Shown here piece by piece: positions 54,201 to 64,000 of a DNA stretch of 64,000 bases (positions are counted from its first letter, which is position 1; every line of letters starts with the position of its first letter). The DNA is from Geosiphon pyriformis uo1 (lineage: Eukaryota; Fungi; Glomeromycota), in assembly GCA_016748015.1 (NCBI GenBank), contig JAAOMT010000040.1, forward strand, positions 124,001 to 188,000. The letters are read 5' to 3'. The position numbers and the translations under genes were made by a program. The notes beneath the pieces were generated by a model, which did not search any database, was not told the origin of the DNA, and was given only the letters and a program-made list of their open reading frames with translations.

Positions 54201-55962
54201 TCAAGGCAATAGGACGTGTGTTCATTAAAACACCTTCCCACTCATAAGGTTTCGGAATCATCAAGACCTATGCTTCCTTCCAAGGACCGGGCACTAACTC
54301 ACTAGACAAACAAAAATTCAAGAGCACCAACAACATATCCAAAACTGACCTATTACAATGTTTCCAAAGCTCATTTGAAATACCCAACAAACCAGCCGCT
54401 TTACCCTTCGGAAGATCAGAAATCATCTCAAGGAACTCATCATACCCAATCGAACACATGACACCAGAAAAAGCTTCATCAAAAACATACTCCAGTGGCT
54501 AATATTAAAGGCGCCAATCATCCGAGACATTATCGACCACCCGACGCTTCCTAGTCCAATCTTCCATGATCGCATCTACCTTGGATTTGACCTGCTCAGA
54601 TTCCAAAATCAATTCGTCATCAACCACCAAATAATCCAGCACAATCTTACGAAACGGGCGCTCCAACACACTTCTTATTGTATGACCTTTATTTATCTCA
54701 AAGCTTTCCATCCTCTTGTTTATTGCAGATCTGATGCATGCTTCTTTAGCACTCTGAGATTCAATGAGCTTGAACTTTCGATAAGATTTCCTGACACCAA
54801 AAAGAGCAGAACAAACACGACCAGATTCCACACCAGAGTCCACCAGATCCTGAATGACCAAAGCCTTGACACTGTCCAGAGAAGCCCAACACCTCATGAG
54901 AGAAGCAAAATCCACAGCACACCTCACACAAAATGCCTTAATAATTTTTGAAACCAGAAGCTCCAACTTGTGGAACCTTGACGACTCTTTGGTAAAGACA
55001 CCATCAAATTCCTTGAACCACTTTCTCTTGAACACTTCATTAGCCGAAAGAATCATTATTCTGCGAACAACATCCCACATTGCATCCAAATCCAAAAACC
55101 TCACAGAAACAGCAAACTTATCTGAGAACATTGTTGCATTAGCCAATGTGGCACACTTAAAATCGATCCATTTACTCTCATCAGCACCCTTGAAATCAAA
55201 CTTCCATCTGTCTCTGTTTGCTTGCTTGCGAAAAGAGCTCAATTGCATATCCAGAAGCCCACCCAGACCCAAAGACACTGAGACAGCTTGATGATCCATG
55301 TCAAAGTGCTCACTGACACCCGAAACATTACGATGTACCATCGCATTGACCAGATTCGGAGAGACAAACACGTAATCAATCGTTCTTTTGACACCCCTAG
55401 AGTTCTCCCAAGTGGGCATTTTCACAGCCGGGCTCCTGACCAAAAAGTTAATCAATCCCAAATCAAGGCACTTCTTGAAACTTGCACACTTATGAGAGCC
55501 GTCTTTATTAAAATCACCACCGAGGATAACAAAGGAGGACTCGTTAACAGCCTTTGCAATGATAGAGTTGATTTCGCCTGCCTGAGAGAACTGGACCGCC
55601 GAAGAAGCACCAGCGTACAGTCCCAAAATTGACACAGAGAGCCTGTTCTTGAAAAGTAACTTGATAGACAACAACCAACCCAGGACTTCAGACACCTTGC
55701 ACACATGTCTCACCAAAGAAGAGTTCATAACCACCGCCACACCAGCACCCAGATACCCAGAATCCAAACCAGTAGTAAACACCCAAATCCCATCAAACTT
55801 GTTAATGATCCAGGACCAAATCTTACTTTTTAACTTAGTTTTAGTAAAAATTGAAATTGAATTGTTCATGTCCTTATGCCAACGAACGACATCACCCTGC
55901 TTCGCAGGGTTGTTCATTCCTCTAACATTGCATGTAGCAACTCTCCATACTAATTCACTCAT
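51274..55962 (-). pseudogene. LINE F ORF2, 1562 codons, 6 in-frame stops, no frameshift
   Basis: ATCNVRG, GGDFN, TIDY, DMDH (APE). NTRPIALI, QDMRKTYDSV, GLDQGEVFSPLLW, AFVDD, YLG (RT). YTDGS, AELQA, SDSQ, KSHSGVSGNERAD (RNase H). CLYC-x8-HVFSC. Confidence 0.95.
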
Positions 55963-55973
55963 TGAGAGGGGGA

Positions 55974-57536
55974 TTAGAAGTTCACACCACCAGCCAAAGC
56001 CAGACTATCGAAACGAGCGGACAAGATCAACACAGATTTGGAGAGGCCCTCCAACATATTTTCCAACTTGACAACATGGGAGGACGTGGATGAGTCCATA
56101 ATTGTGGCAGATTCATGGCCATCAGCCATACTCAAGTCCATATCCAATGTCACATCACTTTCCGAATTCTGTGGCGGGGTGACCACTGGCAGCCGGCATC
56201 CGTGACCAGGCTGGGGAACCACCGGCACAAGCAAATCTAACCTCTTGGCCAACCCATCAATTTGTTTTGTGAGACTGACAAGACCATTCTCGATACTGAC
56301 CAGTCTTTTTTCCAGATCTTTTGCAATAGGAGGGGTAGGTTTACCATCGACGACAGAACCAAAACTTGTCTTACCACCAGAGAGAGAGGGAGCAGAGGGA
56401 GTGCTAACCACCGATGCCCAAGTTTTACCACCAAAAGCCAAAGGACGAGAGATAGACGCAGATCTCCTTGCATAAATTTTCGCCAATCTGGATTGGTCCT
56501 GAACCGAAAGGTGAGCCTTTCTGCCTCCTGCAATCCCAGCACCTTTGACTGTTCTGCAACCAAGAGAAGTATGACCAAATTTCTTACAAACCGCACATGA
56601 AACTAAAGAAAGACGGAACCAATAGAGACCAAAGCTCTTTATAACTGGAGTCATTGTCATTGCATTAACTAATTCCACTTCCAAGCTAAAACACACAGTG
56701 GCACAGCGGGCGCGAGAATAACTGACGGGATTGCGATCGATGAAGCAGGTTTTCCCACCAATAGAACCAATAAAATTCCACAAATCATGAGCAGTGGTTC
56801 CCATGGGAAGAGTATATAGCAAAGCCCTAAAATTATCTCTGGCATCTCACGATTGTTTGTCGATATCAGCCCTGGCCACCCGAATCATGTCCTTCTCAAT
56901 GAGGATAGACCACTTAGAGGCCAGAAAATCAGCCTGGTCTTGATCTTCCAATTCGATGATTGCCTTTTGCCATAAACCCACCAGCTGCATTTTGATCGAC
57001 TTAATGATGCCAAATTCGGCTACAGCCGCACGCACAGCCTCCAAAGATGTTCTCACAGGAATTTCTTTCAGCACAATTGCCCGATTTGTACAATTGTTGA
57101 CAGGGCGCTTGAGATTGGTGTTTACCACAACACCACGGTCATTAGCCAGATTAGCTGCAGTCATCATCGCCTCTTCAGAAGTGAAAGTAGCCCGAATGAT
57201 TCCACCAAATTTTGAAGGGGTAGAGGCCCCCCCAAAACCATTTACACCTGAAAAGATTTTTCTGACAAAATTGACTTTTTCCTGAAAGGATTTACCCACC
57301 ACCGCCACCAGATCTATATCCAAAGCAAAGGACTTGCGAACAGGCACCTGAACGGACGGCTTGACTGGAAAAGGAGGCGGGAGAAGAAGAGATTCATCCA
57401 ACACATCACCATCCGCATCGACAGCATCATAATCAATCACACCCAATGGCTTCCCTAATACCTTTTTGGTCTTTACACACAAACCTCTAGGCGTTTGATC
57501 AGGATCCTCTCCCACGAAAGGACCATCATCACCATA
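55974..57536 (-). pseudogene. LINE F ORF1, C-terminal portion
   Basis: Two RRM-like segments, a CAVCKKFGHTSLGC knuckle and a heptad coiled coil. One internal stop at 56847. Confidence 0.9.
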
Positions 57537-60342
57537 AAAATAATAGACTTAATAATTTAAATATATATAATATAAAACTTATAAAACAGATTACAAATTT
57601 TAATAAATCAAAAAAAAAACAAATTTACAAATTAAAACCAATAATTTAAACTTTAATATTTTTAAAATTATTAATTTTTAAAAGTTTTTTATTAAATATA
57701 AAACTTTTTTAAAGTATTAATTTTAATTATAACTATATTAAAAGCTTTTTAAAAATTAAAAATAACAAATATATTTTAATAATAGTTAAATTTGAATTAA
57801 TTATATATTATTATTTTTAAAAATTATATAATAAGAAAAAAACCAAAATATTTTTAACTATTTTTTTTATTAAATATTATTTATTAAAATAAACTAATAA
57901 ATAAAAACAAATTTAATAAATTAAGCATATTAATACAAATTAATAGATTTTAATTTAATAGTAATAACTTTATTAAATATTTAAAAACATTTTAATATTG
58001 TTATGAATCTACTAAAAAAAATCTGATAAAATATAACAATAATAAAGAATTATAATATATTTTTAATTTTAATATAATAAAATAATTAATTTAATATTAA
58101 TAAATTATATATTAATTAAAAAACAGTTTTTATAATCTAATTTGATTTTTAAAAAATATTAAATATTAAATAAATTTTTTTATCAAAAATTTTTTAATAA
58201 TTGTTTTTTAAAATAAAATTACTAACATAAAAATATAACTTATTTTATTAAAAATGTAAAATTAAATGTAAAATTAGCTATTAATTTTAATTTATTTTAA
58301 AAATATTTTGTTTTTATTGTTGTTTAAATTAAAAAAAAAATAAAACAAAAAACATTAAATATTTATTTTTATAATTATAACCAAACCATTTTTTTGGCTC
58401 TAAATAAAAATAATTTTCTTTAAAGTCTTTTTTAAATAATTAATTATGATTAATTTTTATATAATTATTACTATTATAAAAAATTCTAAAACTTTTAACA
58501 ACAAATTAATAATAAAACTTATCTTTTTTTACTACCTTTTTTATATTTGTTTAAATAACCAAAAAAGTTAAAGATATAAAAAAACAGTTTTTTTTTAATT
58601 TAAAATAATTAATTCTTTTAAAATACCAAAAAAAAACTTGTTTTGGTATTTTTTAAAGTATTATTTTGAATTTAAAGTCTGTTTTTTTTGTAAAAAATGA
58701 AACAATAGTTTTTTTTAGTTTTTTAATGTTTATTTTAATTTTATTACAACTATATTAATTATAATATTTAATTTAAATTTAATTGTAAACAATAATTTTT
58801 TTGTTTTGAATAATAATAATAGTAATATATTTACCAAAACTAAATTTGATTATATTATATATTATATTAGTATTTGATTAATTTTTACCAATTTTATAAA
58901 CAAAACAAGTTATATTTTTCTATATGTTTTTAATTAATTAATTTATTAAATTACTTAATCTTAAAGATTAAATTAATTAAATAAAAATTAAAGCTATTTT
59001 TTGTTTTTTGGTAATATTGCTTTTAGTATTTAAAAAACTATTGTTAATTATTAAAAAATTTTTAAATAAATAGTTTTTATTTTAATATTTAATGTTTTTT
59101 TAAAATTAAATTAGTTTTTATCAAAACTGTTTTAATTTTATTAATATAAAATTAGTTTTTAAGAATAATATAAAGCTATTTTATATAAAGTTTGTCTTTT
59201 AGGTTTTTTTAAATACTAATTTTAAATTAAACTTATTGGTTTTATTTCTTTTTTTACTTTTAAAATTGCTAAATTTTTAATAATTTCTGAATTTATGTCT
59301 TTTTTTATTGTTATTATTTTATAAAATATACTTAAAAATGTTTTAATTATTAATATTAAAACAATTTTTAATGCTTTAATAAAAATTTCAAATTTAATTA
59401 AAGTTTGCTAATATTTGGCAATATATTATTATTTATTTTAAGTTTTTTAATACAGTTATAACTGTTTTTATTTGTTAATTGATTTTAATAAATAAAAATA
59501 ATATTAAAATTTTTTTTATTAATTAAAAAGAAATTATTCTTTTTTATAATATGTAAAATTAAATTGATTAATTTTTTTAATTATATTGTATTTAAAACTA
59601 ATAAATTGGTTTTTTAGATTTGTAAGTATATTGCTTTATTTTTTTTTTTATTTTACAATTATAATATGTAATTATTACTTTTGGTTTTTAAAAAACTTAG
59701 ATATTACAATTATGAAAATTAGTACTTTAAAAAAATATTATATTTAACAAAAAATTTTTGTTTATTAATATTTTTTTAGATATTAAATTTTAATTATTTG
59801 GTTTTTAATTACAAAATATTATTATTTCTTTTTTTAACTCTTTATTTAAGTTTATAATTAATTTTAATATTAAGTTTTATATTAAAACATTTATTTTATT
59901 ATTTTTTATTGTTATTATTTCTTTAATTATTTTTATTGTTATTAATATTATTAATTTTTTGGTTGATTTTTAATTGGTTTTACTAATTAAGTTTATTATA
60001 GCTTATTAATATTTTGGTTTTTTAATAATTAAGTTGATTAAAACTTTTTTTGTTTTATATATTAAATTAAAAAAAAATATGTTTTTTATACAAAATAAAA
60101 ATTTTAATTTTAGAAAAACTTTTGATAATATAAGTAAAAATATTGTTTAAACTTAAAATAAAATATAAAATCAAAAATAATAATATAAATATATTTACTT
60201 AATTTTTTTTTAATAAGTTTAATAAATATAGCCCAATTATTATCTAAAAACATATAATTATACAAGATCTTATATTAAGTATGACTTATGCTTTTTTTTA
60301 CACATGACCAGTCTTATTTAATTAATAACTTTTAAAAACATT
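57537..60342. mobile_element. Degraded repeat DNA including element X copy 2 (~58700-60342), inside the inversion
   Basis: Homology to 1-1400. The left part may be another LINE relic continuing at 61504-61880. Confidence 0.5.
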
Positions 60343-60354
60343 AAATATTTAATA

Positions 60355-61021
60355 AATTAAAAAACTTTTTTTTCTATATCTTTAATTTTTTTAAAAAGTT
60401 ATTTTTTAAAAAAAAAGTTATTTTTCTTTATTATTAAGTTTTTAATATTAAACTTAATATGAATATATTTTTTTATTTAAATTTACAACTGTTGCTAATT
60501 TAATTAATATAATAAGTCTTAATAAAAATGCCAAGAATTTGAATATTGGCTTTACTAACAAATTTTTCTTAATAAAAAAGAAAAAAAAATGTATTTTTAT
60601 TAAAAATAATAATAATAATACTAATTTTATTTCTTATATTATGATAATTTTAGTTAATAATATAAATTATATTAATATAAATAGTATTACTAAAACAAAA
60701 AATATTAATATTAATAAATATTATTTAATAAAAATATCTGTTTTTGGCTTTAATAATAATAATAATAATAATAATAAAATAAAGATATTTAATATAAATA
60801 CTATTTTAAAAACATTAAAAATTAAAACTTATATAGTAATAATAAAGTTTTTAAACAAGATTAATTTTAATAAAAACAATAATAATAATAGTGCTTTTTT
60901 TTTTGTTTTTTAAAATTATATACTTTAAATATTAATTTTTTTGCTATTAAAGTAAATTATCTTAGAAAAAGTTAAAATTAATTAGAAAATTATTTTTAAA
61001 TATAAATAAATTAGAGAAAAA
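60355..61021 (+). mobile_element. LINE A 5'UTR and ORF1 start (inverted)
   Basis: 5'UTR resembles those of B and E. It ends IRKLFLNINK, which joins 43519. Candidate 12-bp TSD aaatatttaata (60343-60354 / rc of 4635-4646). Confidence 0.65.
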
Positions 61022-61128
61022 AAAACTTTTTTTTCTCTTATATCTAAAATTTTCCAAAAAGCATTTTTTTTAAAAAAGAAGTTTTATTTTTTCTTGTTAT
61101 TTTTTTTCAATATTTCTCTAACTAACAA
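61022..61128 (+). mobile_element. LINE E 5'UTR (inverted)
   Basis: Aligns with B 8030-8132 and supplies the ~100 nt missing from E at 51140. Confidence 0.8.
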
Positions 61129-61503
61129 AAATAAATTAAAAACTTCTTTTTCTTCTTTGTTCAAAATTCCCAAAAAAGAGTTAAGAGTTTTTTTTGAAAG
61201 AAGTTTTTTACCATTCAGTATGATAAATCAAAACCGTTTTTCGATTACAAAGCCACTGTTGGCTCTGTTATCGCTGTTATGAAAAAGACTGCTAAAGTTT
61301 CTGGTTCTGAGAGTGGTTTTAAAGTGGTTGCATCAAGGAAAAAGAGGAAAAGAGGTGTGTTGGCAGAGGGTGTTGATAATGGAAGAGTTGCTGCTGAAGT
61401 TCCTGGTGTTTGTTCATGGGGTTCGGAGACTGGTAACACTACGGAATCTGAGAGTATTGACATGGAGGAAGAATGCTTGGTGGAAGAAACCAGTGTGGAT
61501 TAT
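61129..61503 (+). mobile_element. LINE F 5'UTR and ORF1 N-terminus (inverted)
   Basis: GC-richer block reading MKKTAKVSGSESGFKVV...EETSVDY, which joins in frame to (Y)GDDGPFVGEDPDQTPR at 57536 on the minus strand. Confidence 0.88.
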
Positions 61504-61639
61504 ATTATTATATTTAATACAAATTTTAAGTTTTTAAAATTTTAAATACAAAAATTAATATATTTAATAGAATTAATAATAAAATTTATTAATATTTTAA
61601 TAATACAATTTTTTTTGTTAAATAATAAATCCTAAAATT

Positions 61640-61880
61640 GAAATTTGGTTTTTTTAAAAACATATATTATTTAAAAGCTATCTTAAAATTAAAATATATC
61701 ATAATAATAATAAATTTTTAATAAATATAATACTTAATATTATTTAATAGTTTTATAAAATTTTGGATAAAATAATTACATATAGCAAGTACATAAAATA
61801 AATCTATTTTAGAGCTTTTTTGCTATATTGTTTTAAGTGGCAGTTGGATTACATTCGTAATTACATTTGTAAACTTTTAA
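61640..61880 (+). mobile_element. Degraded LINE 3' end
   Basis: 'tatagcaagtacat...gtggcagttggattacattcgtaa' resembles the 3'UTR of C ('atagtaagtgcgt...gcagcagttgggcttcactcgtaaa'). Confidence 0.5.
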
Positions 61881-62543
61881 AATTAAATTTAACAAAAAAT
61901 ACAAGCATTTAAATAAGCAAATTTGTTCAAAATAAGAAAATTTGAAATAATTTTATTGATAAAATAAATACAAAAAAGCTATTTTTGGTACTTAACTTAA
62001 TAAAAGTTTAAATAATTAGATATAAAAAAAATCTATAATTTATGTTTAATTTTAAATACAAAATTTAAGCTATTAAATAAATTTATTTTGTTAAACAATA
62101 AAATAAATTAAAAAATTAAAAATATTGTTATTAATTAAAATGCAATAATTAAATTATACATTATTTTAAATTTTGTAATAATTAAAAATTTATTAAAAAT
62201 AATATTTGTAAATTAAATTTTCAGCTCAAGACAATTCTTGCTAAAAAATTTTATTAAAAAGTGGTATGAAATATTTAATATTTAGTTGTTTTAAATATAT
62301 ATTTATCAAACAATTATAATACCAAAAAAAACCTTGCAGTAATATTAATTATAACAAAAAATATATCAAGAACTAGTTTTTTAAATCAACCAAAATATTT
62401 AGTTTTTAAATATATGATTTTTTAAAACAAATAATATTATAAATAATAATGTTTTAACAATTTCCAAAATTGAATGTATAATTAAGATTAAAAGTCGTTA
62501 AAAATCATAACAAATTTAGAAGCAGAAATACTTTACAGAAAAA

Positions 62544-63731
62544 TTAATGCTGCACTTGTACTGTTTCACGTCGCTTACGCCCATTCAGAATCCACTCATC
62601 CAGCACCTTATTCAACTCATGTTCCATGTGATTGGTTCCCCAAAAATGATCCGCGTCTTCTATTTCCCGTAAATCCCAGTTTTTCTTTTCACGTACACCG
62701 CTCTCCTCGATCCATTGCTGATATTTCGCGACACTGGTAAATTGATCAGAATTACCATAAACAAATAAAACGGGTGAATCAGAAACGAGAAGAGCGTCTA
62801 GGTAAGATTTGTATCGTTTGGTTCGAAGACAGGTCAGGAACCAGATAACAGATGCAGGATAACTTATAATGATAAACGAGATAGGAAATGAGAAGGTTGA
62901 GCTAATTGATGAGATAGATGTCGCTATTAAAGATCCGTAACTATAGCCCTGATATTTTGAGAGGTGCGTATTAGTTAACAGATTATTTTAAATATCAAGA
63001 AAAAATCAGATTGATTTTTTGCTTACCGCGATGACGACTTCATTTATAAAAGGTATTTGCATCACTAATTCACCATTAGCCCCCCCAGTTTTCCCGCCAT
63101 GCGCGAGGAATTCTAGCATCGTACTATAGTCACCATTTTCCGGCTCACCAGTCCAGCTGGTTGAACCTTTTGACCTACCGGATCCACTGTTTTTTTGGTA
63201 TTATAATGAAATTTAGATGTGAGGGTTTCACTTAATAACTGAAAATTAAAATTGATTAAAGTATTCACCGAAAGTTGAACGCTATTGTTAAATAGCCATG
63301 CTTTAAAAAGAAATATTCGAGCGCTACAACCACATTATTATGGTTGTTTCCACCTTATAGAAAATTGTCATAACATTTAAGCAGAGTTATTCAAATGTTT
63401 GAAAGATTTTCGAGCTCATAAACTAAATAAAAGTTCAATGCTTCCTTCCAAGCACCTTGCCTCTATATATACTTGAAACTTTAGACTCAAGCACCTCCAA
63501 ATGAAGAAAATTCGTACCTAATGGTCCATATGGGTGAGAAATTATGACACCTTTTAAGGGTTTCAGCTGTTCACCAGCCTTCTGGAAGGCCTGGGTAGAA
63601 TAGTAGGAGACTCGGGCTTCCAGAAGACTACCGTCATATGAGGAGGGTAAAAAAATGTCCTCCCTTATTAATGTGAAGGTTGGCTTTGACGGCGCTAAAG
63701 GTTTAATTAATTGAGTAGTGTAAGAGTCCAT
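62544..63731 (-). CDS. Alpha/beta hydrolase fold protein, 287 aa; complement(join(62544..62948,63027..63186,63269..63353,63518..63731))
   Basis: Three GT-AG introns with consistent phases (864 nt). Motifs HPYGPLGG..NNVV, FNFRGSGRSKG, nucleophile GYSYGS, acid GNSDQFT and histidine ADHFW. Confidence 0.92.
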
Positions 63732-64000
63732 GTGAACATTTGGATATCTGCGTTAAAAAATTCTGATGTATTTAACATTTTATAAGTGATATAACATGAC
63801 GATGAAAAGTTCTAGAATATCGATCCCAATGGCTAAGCCTTATTTATAAAATTCCGTTATCAGTTCATTAATTTGAATTTTTAAATTCAAACAATTGATT
63901 TATCAATGAAATTTTTATAGATCAAGATTTCCAACAACCTAATCAGATCTTGATTTCTTTTCTTGATCGAGAAAAAAAGGCAAACCAGCAGCTGATAAAG

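Larger units (their letters stand above)
51141..57536 (-). mobile_element. LINE F body (youngest copy, retains CpG), nested in the 5'UTR of LINE E
   Basis: T-tract at 51141. ORF2 and ORF1 have no frameshifts. The 5' end is displaced by the inversion. Short TSD taacaa (rc of 51135-51140 / 61123-61128). Confidence 0.95.

Noticed and set aside
52891-57285. Many plus-strand ORFs antisense to LINE F (likewise in C, D and the Gypsy)
   Set aside because: Shadow frames of GC-richer coding sequence, with no motifs and no conservation between copies.
61129-61503. Twin-priming 5' inversion of LINE F
   Set aside because: The inverted block includes the TSD of F and ~3.6 kb of flanking E, A and X DNA, so it postdates integration.
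63435-63517. C-terminal part of track ORF 63435-63731
   Set aside because: Read-through into intron 1; splicing at 63518 gives the conserved hydrolase.

Overview
AT-rich eukaryotic DNA, probably fungal. The repeat families resemble those I recall from Glomeromycotina/Mucoromycota, but that placement is inference. Only two host genes are supported: a 2-exon PMP3/RCI2 proteolipid gene (2303-2613, +) and a 4-exon alpha/beta-hydrolase gene (62544-63731, -). Nearly everything between about 4.6 and 61.5 kb resolves into one nested retroelement stack. An ancient LINE (A) carries four further full-length LINEs (B, C, D, E) and a 37-bp LINE stub. The youngest LINE (F) sits in the 5'UTR of E. A 9.9-kb Ty3/Gypsy element sits in D, and four solo LTRs of a second family sit in A, B (two) and E. 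The LINEs encode ORF1 (RRM-like regions plus a CCHC knuckle) and ORF2 (APE, RT, RNase H, Zn finger). The Gypsy polyprotein carries an uncharacterised Cys-rich insert and a dUTPase, plus an extra ~221-codon 3' ORF. A ~4-kb inversion (57537-61503) has flipped the 5' ends of F, E and A. The repeats show progressive C>T/G>A erosion, largely outside CpG, while the host genes do not, which suggests a repeat-targeted (RIP-like) hypermutation process. All comparisons were made by eye.
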